DNA of 64,000 nt, taken from positions 3,782,001-3,846,000 of the forward strand of contig JAYWIR010000011.1 in assembly GCA_036172245.1 (NCBI GenBank). The letters run 5' to 3'. The position numbers and the translations under genes were made by a program. Source of the stretch: Raillietiella orientalis (taxonomy: Eukaryota). Below, piece by piece: positions 13,031-23,655 of this stretch. Each line of letters opens with the position of its first letter. The stretch's first letter is position 1. Under the pieces are notes generated by a model. The model worked only from the letters and a program-made list of their open reading frames with translations. It was not told where the DNA came from and did not search any database.

Positions 13031-13420
13031 CCCCGCAGCTCAGCCCACGCAACGTGTGAATCGAATGCTCGCTTGCATATCGGAAGTGCCATTCCCGGGA
13101 ACCCAGTGAGGGCGGTACGTCACTCTCCAGAGGCTGTCACGCGAGTTTCCATTTGTTCCTTTCCTCCTCCGCCGTGTCCAGAAATCCAGCCAGACAGACA
13201 GACCTCTCATTCGTCTCTCTGGGATGCTGCGCGTAACCGAGCAACGAATCATTCGGCTCACTGCATCCGATGAGAAAGAAGATGAATATTTGTCCTACGA
13301 ACCAAGCCTCTTCTTCGAGGAAGGAGGCCAACGTTCCGTATATTTCATGAGTTTTAAGCTTTCCCAGTGACCGTGGAGTCTTCAGGGTGAACCATGAGAA
13401 ATGAGTTCGCCGTCCCACGC

Positions 13421-13600
13421 TTTTTTTTTTTTTTTTTACCTTCACCGCCTCGAAATCGGAAGATGTTTTGCGCGGCTCCTCCCGTGTAAACACGGATCCC
13501 CTGAAATTTTAATGAGATCGTCGAAACCGGGAAATTCGTGCCTGCACACCACTGGGATTGAACCCTGGATCCCGCATGCGAAGTACGTCTCCATCATTTG
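13421..13600 (-). mobile_element. Candidate tRNA-derived SINE or tRNA pseudogene with poly(A)
   Basis: Minus strand: anticodon-loop-like cttcgcatg, B-box GGGTTCAATCCC, ..tgca end at 13543, then about 105 nt and A17 (T17 at 13421-13437). No clear A-box or 5' acceptor strand. Confidence 0.3.
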
Positions 13601-14158
13601 AAATTTGAGACTTGTTTCTTCCAAGCTCTTCAGTACAGATATCATGTATAATGGTAAGTGTAGAATGAACGCATTCTACTGAATCCGATTGTGCGTGAGT
13701 TCAATTAAATGTCATTGATTAATCAGATGTGTCCATACATACGGTGCATAGTAAGGCCTAGTTTTCATCGGCTACTTATACAATTCATATGTAAGCACTT
13801 AGCTATCAAGTAGGATGAAGGAGCGCGGACTGCTGTCCACTTCCTGCTAACCCTTGTGGCTGATGTTTTCATCTTTTACCACTATTTCCTAGAAATAATG
13901 TTTGAAGCAGTCGAAACACGCAGAGGCTCATCCAAATTCTGTGAGCTCTCATCAGCCAAGCAACTCTTTCTGGAAACTCCAGTAATGAGTCTGGAACCGA
14001 AAAATTTCCTTGACCAAAACACCCACCTTAATGTGTTCCGCGAGAGTGGAAAATGCCATCAGATTCCAAACACTCCATAATTTCGAGCAAAGTTTTTAAA
14101 GATGCAATGGGGGTTCAATCTTAGGTTACCGGGGTTTCCTGCAATGAAGGATGGCGAG

Positions 14159-14192
14159 AACGCTTCTCGGCCTTTTGGCGAGGATCAAAGTG
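14159..14192 (+). pseudogene. U2: U2 snRNA 5' fragment (3'-truncated)
   Basis: aacgcttctcggccttttggcgaggatcaaagtg vs U2 ATCGCTTCTCGGCCTTTTGGCTAAGATCAAAGTG (3 mismatches in 34 nt); the match stops at the branch-point recognition sequence. Confidence 0.8.
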
Positions 14193-14799
14193 AACGAAAA
14201 TTCCGAGGTGCAGAGGTCTCCGTTTTTCTGCCCCTCGAGGGAACGGCGCGAGAAATTCTCTTCACTGAGAGCTGCATCGACTCCCAGCGTCAGGCATCCT
14301 TTTATTGAATCATCAGAACTAAATTCTGGAATTTCATTACAGTATTGGATTATTGCTCCAGAGGTCTTCCTGTTGCAGACGGGGAGACACTGCCCGTCTC
14401 TCACCCCTCACGTTCGAGGTGAGCTGAGGAATTTGCAAACATGTGCCGTGCGAACGTGAAAAACGGACGTCGTTAGGACAGGACAGTTCTACTCAGTTGC
14501 CTTTTGCTTGATCCACGAGTTTACCTGAGCACGTTTGACGATGCTGCAAGCACGAGGTTCAGATTGCCTGAGTGTTCCCAAGAGCAGCTAAATGCTGAAC
14601 TTTCTAACCATCTCGCCACCACCTCCACACTGCCTGTCATGGCCGAGGTTCGAACTTGGTAATGTCGGGAGGTTTATTTCAAAAAAAATAAGCCACAGGT
14701 CAGAAGAAAAAAGTATTCCCTCAAAAAACAAGAAATGCCCCCTCCCCCCACCAAAGTTCATCCAGGATAGCCACCGGCGCGCAAGCCGGCTTCCAAAAA

Positions 14800-15180
14800 G
14801 AAGGGAACGGAGGGAGGAGACAATAAATAGGGAAAGAAAAAAAAACAGGGTGGAGACAGGGGTCTTTGGTTCTCCTTTCTTTTAGAAAGCAGCTGTGAAT
14901 GGTGACGATTTCCCTGGCGACTTCCTCTGTCAGGTGAGGCTACCTTGCTGCTGCCCTCATGAGGGCTGCTGCCATACTGGTGGCCTCTCTTCGCCGAGAA
15001 CTAGATTCCAACACATGGCGGACTGAGTGTCACTATGGAGAGGATGCAACCGACTATTGCAATCGCAGCACCTTCCTCCAGTCCGCCTGAGGTGAAGAAG
15101 CGCCGCAGCGGGTTTGCGGCAGTGTCCTGGGGTTGAAGGAGGACCAAAGCGAAACTCCTCCACAAGTCCTGCAGGGCACT
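14800..15180 (-). mobile_element. LINE 3' fragment (same subfamily as element D)
   Basis: VDCSALQDLWRSFALVLLQPQDTAANPLRRFFTSGGLEEGAAIAIVGC aligns to LDCGVLLGLWRRLASALLHQGDTARDLMRRFFTPGGLSLGAVVATVCC (27594-27920); the 3'-UTR shares accaaagacccctgtc. Confidence 0.85.
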
Positions 15181-16317
15181 GCAGTCTACAGCTGACTTCA
15201 AGGAAATGAATGCTTCCGTAGACAGTTTGGGGAGGCAACTCCACCGGAACTGCGCTGATTGTACTGGAGTTCCCAGTGCAGAAACAGCAGAACATCCTGT
15301 TTCCAGAGAAGCAGGAACACCGAGGTGTCCACGCAAAGGGAAGGAATCACGGGTTCTTCGTGGGGGTGGGGGGCACACCAAGCAGCTCACATGTATGTTC
15401 ATTTTTTATAGTAAACGTCCCCCCCGTAGCCGGCTGATAAACCAAGCAGCTCACTCCACCGAAGGATTCCCTTTGCCCGGAAACGAGGAATGGCGGTGTT
15501 CACCAGCTCGCTCGTCTTTCAGCCGTTCAGGAGTTTTTCCACTCCTGCAATGTTACAGGAGAACTTCCACCTGCCGGTCGGCTGCTTTGTGGTTTCTTGC
15601 CTGAGGATAGACAGCGTTGCCGCAAGCGTGAGATGGCTAACCGGGAGCTCGGGAGAGGGAGCGTTCTGGACTGTTTGCTCACTTCCCGATTTGCCCTATT
15701 CTTCGCTAGCAGTGCTTCCTGGTGTTTCATCTTCCCTCCTATGGAACTGAAGCATATTGAATCGCAGGTCCCTCTTTACCCAACAGCGAGGACGATACCA
15801 CGCAAAGAGGGACCACTTTCAGGGATAATAAATTTCATGGAGTACGTGTTATCTAATTGCAAATGGTGTAAATGTGCCACGTTTTCCTTACAGTGCACGT
15901 ACAATACTGAAAGGAAATAGTGTAGAGCAAAATTTTTAAACCAGCAATAATCGCGCTACGTTCAACCTCAAGAGATAAGATATTGCCCTGGGGCAAAGTG
16001 TGAAATAGAATGCACGTGATCGCTCGATGCTGGGCACATCCTCAATGTCTCCACTGTTTCTGATGAAAGAAGAAAAACAGGCTATAGGGAAGTTTTTTTC
16101 CAAGAAAATTCCAAGGCTTCTTACTTTTAGCACAAACTGTGAGCAGCACCTTTCATTAAACCATTCTTTGCTTCCAATGGATCGGCTGCTACGGAGATGA
16201 TTTTTGTTAGAACTTGCCCTGTGATGCTGTTTCTGTACCACAAACGCATTGCCACTCTTTGCCTTTCCTCCTTTTTTCTTCTTCTTTCTTCCAAAACTGT
16301 CTTGATTCGAATCCTCC

Positions 16318-16495
16318 AATACACATCAAAGTGAAGCATATAACTATCAAACTTACTCTCCAAATAAATCCATAGCTGAATACTACTATAACATAAAATT
16401 TTTCCAATCCATTAACATTCCCTTTACATTCTACTCCATCCACATCCCATTACTCATCAAATTAACCCATTCTCTAGCAATTAAATTAACAACTC
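16318..16495 (-). other. Candidate NUMT (mitochondrial-like, gene not identified)
   Basis: Abrupt AT-rich block, almost G-free on + and strongly G/T-skewed on -, like the ND4 NUMT; hydrophobic reading FIWSVSLMVMCFTLMC in the invertebrate mitochondrial code. Confidence 0.35.
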
Positions 16496-16930
16496 GGTGC
16501 TGCTTCCTTGCGACCACTTCCTCAGTTCGACTGCAGTGCTCGTTCAAGGAGCTAAGGTTCCTCATCCCTGTCTGTCCTTAGCTGAGCGGACAACTGTACC
16601 TGTGGCGTCTGCAGAACAGCCGTACAGGGTACGCGTTTTTCCTGAGCCAATTCACGCTCTTAAGGTTGCAGATCCGAAAATTCCCGCATTCCTCCCATCA
16701 TCCCTTCCAGGAGTGCTTTATGGAAGACTGAAATTTTAAAGAAATACCAGATTTTTCCTGCGTACCACTCGTCGAAATCGGACTTCATTGCCTCGAGCTG
16801 CAGACAGACGAGATCCGGAATTTCCATCAGAGAAATACATGCTTGGCCCCCTTTAGCCACGAGAACAACTTCCAGTTTTAGTATATGTACCGCCAAAGCA
16901 GATACATATACTGAATCCTCAATCTATCCG

Positions 16931-17070
16931 CTTCCAGATTCGCATGACAGGATCGGGATGAGACTCGAAACGTCATCAGGGTTACCCGGTGGCGCTGAAC
17001 CACCATCCTGAACACAGATGCGAGCCGGTTGTCCAGGATCCCAGCCGAGTTGGTCACGAACCATCATGGC
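16931..17070 (+). repeat. 140-bp inverted repeat, left arm
   Basis: Reverse complement of 18437-18576; ungapped, 9 mismatches by my count. Confidence 0.95.
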
Positions 17071-18436
17071 TAAGAATCCAGAAAGCTCCCAGTGATGAAG
17101 CGGAAATTGGAATTTGTGAAGCCCAAAGGCTGGTGCCCTTCCCTCTTGAGGAAATTGCGGTCTGTATCCTGAAGAAACAGAATGGGACGCACCCTAGCTT
17201 ATAGGACTGCTGGATGACTATCGAAAGATGGTAGGCGAGCATGATGACCCGTGTTCCGATCGAATTCCCCGCTTTACGGCTCACATCAGGAATGGCACGA
17301 ATGCATGGAGCATTCCTGGCTCAGGAACCCGTGTACTCTCCGCCGAACAGCTGACACGACTAGGCAGGTGGTGACGAAGAGAATGACATTAGCGGGCCGT
17401 GATTTTCCCCAATCCGTCAAGCGATGAGTTACTGATATCGGCAATAACCTAGCAGTTTACCACAAAAGAAAGAAACTGAACTCCTTTCTATCACGCTATG
17501 TGACATTCGATTCTTTCTTCTTGCATGGTAAGAAGGCATGAGAGGAGCACTTTTCTACAGGTCTCGGTTGGAATGGGATCGCTGCGCCCTTGAACCATTC
17601 GCTGCAGGACAGAAGGAGGACGGGCTGGAACTCTTCCGCAGTTGCGCACACGTTTTTCGTTAACAACCCTTTGAGGATTTCGAGGCGGCCACGGTCTCTT
17701 CTCGTTGAAGTTTCCTTCTTCTCACAATGCTTGTGAAGGGGAAGGCGATCATGGAACGGAACGCGGGGTTGTACGAGAAAACAAATTGCCTCCCCTTCGA
17801 ATCGTCCGCTTTAAATTTTCGTCTTGGTCCTCTCCTACAGATTCGTCACCTCAGCCCTTTCCAGTCATGCATCAGCATGCCGAAGGAGACCATGTGGAGC
17901 TGCGTTTCGTTTTTTCCCTATGAAATACAGAGTCCATCTGAGGTTCTCATTTTTAGCGTCGAAATCTCGCGCCACACAGAAGTCCTCCGTGATGTACCAT
18001 TATGAGGACATCATGGACTTCCGGCTGCAAAATCGGACTTCCAACTTGCGGTGTTTATCGTTCTGCAGTTCACATAGACTGAGGGACAGCGGTAGATGCC
18101 ATGGCTGAGATCTTAGAAGTCTCACTTCTCAGGATGCAGTCTGTGAAACCAGCTTTCCACAGTAGTAACCATGCACTTTTCTGATCCCATCAGAGATCTT
18201 GCATTTTGAGGGTTACATCACTCCGCATTCCTGCAGCATGATGGAGCATGGCAGAAGCCATTCGTCTCAAACTGTCCCTTGCGCACAGCTGTCAGAACTG
18301 GATTTTCTCTCCTTCTTACAAAGTTTCTTCCTTAGGAAGATCACTTGCATCCGTTTGATGCTTAGAAACTCATGTTTCCTGAGTTACTTAGGACCTATGT
18401 TTATCTACTGACTCTTCCCCATGAGAAAACACAGTC

Positions 18437-18576
18437 GCCATGATGGTTCGTGATCAACTCGTCTGGGATTCTGGACAACCAGCTCGCATCTGTGTTCAAG
18501 ATGGTGGTTCAGCGCCACCGGATAACCCTGATGACATTTCGAGTCTCATCCCGATCCTGTCAAGAGAATCTGGAAG
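18437..18576 (-). repeat. 140-bp inverted repeat, right arm
   Basis: Reverse complement of 16931-17070. Confidence 0.95.
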
Positions 18577-20639
18577 GCGTCCTTATTCCTAGATCTACTG
18601 TTTCGTTTTGGTAACAGGCTCAAGGAGGAATGTAGAAGGAGCTAATGATGTCAGGTGGATACACAGTCTGGTTCTGAAACCGCATCCTTTCTCAGAGCTA
18701 CAAACACATCCTTGCTGTCCTCAATAATGAATTCCTCTATTATCTTGTCCTGCTGTTGTTCTTTATCCTGAAACAGTTTCTTGCGAGGAAGGCTCAGCAT
18801 AACCTAATGTTCTCTCTTGCTGAGGGTCTTCCTGTCTGAGCCCTGTACATCCGGAGGTTCTGCTCGATGTTTAGGCTGTTCGCCTTGATGTCCTCAGGAG
18901 CGACCTTGATCTGCAGAAGTGTCCGCAGACTCTCCGTGCATCGCCATTTATTCTAACGGGTGCGTGCACATCCGCTAGTGAGAGGAGGATGCTTCCGCAA
19001 GAAACCACCTTGGCGCGTGGGATCCAGACTTCCCAAGGGATCAGTGCCAACCAGAATAGAGCGTGGCATCTTATCCTTGATAAGGATTTTCGCTGTTTTC
19101 CTGCAGCTGTTGTAGCCACTGATGAACAGCTGAGAGCCTACTTCTTCTTGGAGCCCCTTCCCGATGCTCTGGCACATCTCATGGGTCTGATTTTCTTCAT
19201 CGTCGACAGGTATGAGAACAGGCCAGACTATTCTATTGAGTAGCTTTCACTCTTTTGAGCAGCTTTCCCTTTCCAGGCCGGGCGCTCTTCCCCGGAGCCC
19301 ACGACTCCTTTTCCGTTGAGCTGTCGAGTCTCTGCAGCCCATGCTTTCTCCTTGATTGTCTTCCTTCTCATCACTCCGTTTCGTTTTCAAATGCCTGGAG
19401 CTCGGCACGACCGGTGTCGCGTGTAGTTCGGCCTCTCAACGAAAGGGATCCAAAAAAAAAAAGAAAGAAAGGGAGTATCCGTGCCGCGAATAGCATCCAC
19501 TGTGGTTAGCCCTTCCGCGGCGTGGCTCTTATTCCACCTGGCTGCAGTTTTGGGTGAAGAGAATTTCGTCCTCTAGCTGCTCTGATGCTGCTTGCCGATG
19601 ATGAATTGCGGAAGTTATGGGAGGAGGTGTTCGTCGGGTTGAGGACATGGCGCTGTTTGTTCATGGCCATGGCCTCGTGCAACCATTGCCCTGCTTGCTG
19701 CAATATAAAATTTCAAAACTATGAATCAATATTTCTTATGCTTTATGAAAATTTCAATTGCATTGTTCCATTTTAACACTTGCATTGTATTCTTCATTAA
19801 TGATCTAAACATTTGGCAAATTGTCTCAAGCAAAAAATACTTTCTCCAGCTCCCAAGATCTTATAATGATTATCATATTAATATCAGGTACCAAGTAAAA
19901 TGTTATTAAATACTAATCGATTGACGAAATATCTGTATCATGTAAAATATATTCCAATAACCAATTTCAATGGAATTAATCAGTCGGGGAAAGCATTCAT
20001 GGTTTCATCAATGCTCCATCTTCCTATTCCTTTTCTTGCATTGCTTCTCCGTCTGTGAGAATGCAGGTCTGTTGCTCCTCCACCACCGAGTCCATTGCTT
20101 CTCCACTTTAACCTGCGGCTTCCTTTGGATTTCAGAAACCTCCCTATCCACCGAGATGCCGCTCACCGATTTGAAAGATTTTTGCTGTTGTTTTAGATGC
20201 TCCTTCCTTCCATACTTCAGAAGACTTACTCTACATTTGGGAGACTACTAGTACATCTTTCAGTCTCTCTTTTTGTGCTGGAGGAGAAGTGCTTTCTCAA
20301 ATTAGGGATCCTTGCTTACCACACTTGCAACACATGACGCTGCTCCAGGCGGCTACTTTCCGAAATTCCTGCAGCCAATACGGAAGACAGACTGCCTCCG
20401 GCATTAATCCTCACCTCTTGGGAGTGCACATTTGTATTCCCATTCGAGTTCATCTTGAGAACGCCTTCAATGGGTGGTGTCCTCAAGATGGGAAATACCT
20501 CTTAATCGGAAGAGATATTTGAAGGTGCTCATGGGAAAAACCTCTTCCAATGAAGAGATGTTTCCCATGATTTTTTTCAGTAGTAGCTGCTTGACTTCTG
20601 CGAGCTGGGCGTTGAAGTCTCAGTTTCTGAGGGATTCCT

Positions 20640-23320
20640 AGGCTCAGAACAGACTAGAATCCGGATGTAGCCACCCCCTCGCTGAACCCTTTTCGTCCCC
20701 GTTTTCGACCGGGGACTCCTTCAGCTCGTTCCTGTTCACGTAGATGCTTGCCCTTTTCATTGGGCACTTTGGCCTGGATTCTCGTGAGGTCCTCATTCTT
20801 CTTGTACAGTGAGAGACACGCAGGCTTGCTAAACCATTTCGTGCGTTCCCGACTGAAACGGGATAACCCGGCTTTATATTGGGGTCCATCTTTAATGTGG
20901 GTTAACCGACATTTTGATGCTCCCAGATGACAGCTTTATGCTCCTTGGAGCCTCTTATTGGCGGCGTTGTCAACTCCGCGTTCGCAGATGCCAACACATA
21001 TCAAGATTTTCCAAACTGTTTCTTGTGTACCCTTCGGGAATTTGGCCTTCTTTATGAGGATACTCCGGATGAGCGTGTGATACCCTCTAACGTGGAGTCT
21101 TACGCCCCGATAGTTCTCCCAAAGCGTTTATCTTTCATTCCTGGATGCAGCAGCGAGAAACCCTTCAATCCTGTTCTTGGTGGCTTCAGCAGTTGCCGAG
21201 CATCCTTGGACTGGACCGCGCACTTTACTGACTTCATCCCGGTGCCACCTTTGTCCTTCTAAACAGGTGTGTGAGAGCCACGCGAGATTGATAGTTGCTC
21301 CACATACAGACTACACTGTACCCTTTGCAACTGCTTCTTAACTCCTGCTTTAAAAGGTCCATTTCGTAGAGGACCCTGGAAAGCAGTACGCTGATGCAAG
21401 AGTTGGCGTTCTGCTAGAAGCTTAAGCTAGCCCGGCTGACTCCGCTGCTTCCTACCATCAACTTTTCTAGGATCTTCTTCCACCGGAATTTCGGGGCAGA
21501 GGAATCTCTAGCGTGAATTTCTAGGTGTTTGCCGATGTCTAACACTCGGAAACTCCGGTCCAGTGGCTTAATGAAGTACAGCATTCCAATGGGCAAAAGT
21601 TTTCATTTTGCGGCGTTGACCTTTAAGTTCAATCCGACTTCCATGGACTTGACTGCTTCCAGAAATGTACGATGATCCCTGTGATCTTTCAAAAAGAACA
21701 GGAAGTTATTCTCACGCGCCAAGTGAGAGCAGCTTCCTCACCTGACGTGTGCAAGTCAGTTCGCTGGTCGCGTGCATATGCTTTTGCTGGAGGAGGTTCT
21801 TCCAAATCGATCGATGACGACTTTGCCTTCAGGTATGCGACAAAATGCAATAAGTTGACTGCGTCTTCCTGACATGCTTTCCTTTAAATCCGGACTGTTT
21901 TTGTCTGACTTCCGATGATCCCGATCTTGAAACAGCTTTCCTTCGGGATTATCCTCACGCACCTCTCTAGAGTGCATGGTTAGCCCAGTTTTCCCAAAAT
22001 TCTGCGGAGCATCTCTTGGTTCACAGTATCGGATGCCTTCTCCATATGAGCGGAATCCAGTGCAAGATCGTATCGGCTGTAGCCTGCGGTGGCTTTGGAG
22101 CGCTTCACGTGCATGCGGTAGGCGAGCACCGCTCACGTTTGCCTAGAAGGAGGAGCCAAGAACACGGTTCTCCCTCGAGAGGTTGTTCCAGATTTCCGCC
22201 AAACACTTGGCATCCGATGCATTCAGAACGGAGATCAGACTTTGCTTGGCGACCTTCGTCGGGCTTTCTCCCTTGAGCAGCATCTTATCCTGCTTTCGTC
22301 AAGCGACGCTGGAAGTCTTCGTTCTTCTCTTATCTTCTGGGTCAGTTTCTGGGGAGGCATGCACATACCGCTGATGGGGATAGATTTGGATGTTATCGAA
22401 ACCGACGGCAACATCCTTGAGCTATTCTTTTCATCCGAGGAGATGTCCTCGTCAAGACAACCTCTGGCGTTGGTTCAGCTTTCTATGCAGGTGTTGCAGA
22501 CTGATGTTTTGCTTCGGCGGGATGATCTTTAAGCCGGAAGTGGTTCGTTTAGTGAAACTCGAAAGCCCCCACTACTCCCCCCAGCTGTGTCGGACCTGAT
22601 TTTCGTGCCGGATGCACAAGATATCGGAAGTCGTAATCTTCCTCTTCCTCTATCCAGGCTCCGATCTCTTTCTTGGATCTTTGGAACACGTGACCTCTAT
22701 CGTGACGATTCCAGTACTTTTTCTTCCTCGTACTCTTGTCACCGTACCGAAGATTCCAGAAGAGGTATATGGTGTGCTACAACTCGTTGCAGTCGCCAGC
22801 GCTGCGAATGACGGTGTTTTTTAGGATGCTTTTGATGAATTCTTGGTAGCAAGAAAACATTACGAACCACAGAGGCATGCTGATTAGTGTCGTCCTCGTG
22901 CCCATCTTCTTCCAAGGGTTGTCAGCCATCAAGGTTGACCGCAGTAAGGGGTGGTCTCAGAGCAGCATCTGGGTGTCAGGGAACTTTTGCACGAGGATAT
23001 CCTTGATGTACACGACATGTTCGATCGGCTTATGGCTCCCCGTCGACTGCTGCTGTCTGAATTTCTCCTAAGGCTGCCGATAGGTTTTGTTTTCTTGGGA
23101 ATCTGTCGACTTGATGCCCTTCCGACACGGTCTTGTTGCAAGGAAGACTACGAGCAGCTTCCCTCCTCACACTAATATTTGCAGAACTTTCGATCTGCGG
23201 CCATGTGGCCGGGTCCTGAAGCGAACGCTTTCGGCATGGTGTGCGTTACTTCATTCTTCACAAGAACTGCCACACCCCATTTGTTTGATTCTCCCTGGAG
23301 CTGACGAGCAGTCGAGCGTT
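20640..23320 (-). mobile_element. Heavily decayed L1/Tx1-like LINE ORF2 (element E)
   Basis: APE endonuclease NKWGVAVLVKN (~23290-23255); RT ESRIR..LISVLNASDAKCLAEIW (~22300-22190), HMEKASDTVNQEMLRRILGKLG (~22050-21985), LKVNAAK*KLLPIG (~21630-21585); post-RT LLKPPRTG. Confidence 0.8.
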
Positions 23321-23339
23321 TATCCTGTTCCTGATGTAG

Positions 23340-23655
23340 CATTTACCAACCTACAGATGCGTAGTTTGGACGTCGTTCTCCCCCTTGTCTTAGTGTTGCC
23401 CTCCCCAGAGGAAGCAAAGGACGGCAATTTTCCGACGAAGTGGGAGGTGACGTGTGTAATTACGAACAAGAAAAAACATTTAAGTACGTGGGCAATGCGG
23501 GAGCTGGCAGATGCTGCTTCCTCGAGTGTTCCTCAGAAAGAACTGAGACGCTAGTGCTGGAACGGTTCTATCCTCGTAAAATGGCAGAAGTCGATGATCC
23601 TGCTGCTACATTTGGGTCTCCCGTGCAACGCTCACCGACATCATTGGACCCAGAG
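23340..23655 (+). mobile_element. LINE element A, 5' half (interrupted by element B)
   Basis: VLPSPEEAKDGNFPTKWEVTCVITNKKKHLSTWAMRELADAASSSVP...KWQKSMILLLHLGLPCNAHRHHWT aligns to the copy at 51638-52694 and continues at 28253. Confidence 0.85.

Noticed and set aside
13660..13679. 8-bp hairpin as a Helitron 3' end
   Set aside because: No CTRR terminus follows, and this stem length is expected by chance in 64 kb.
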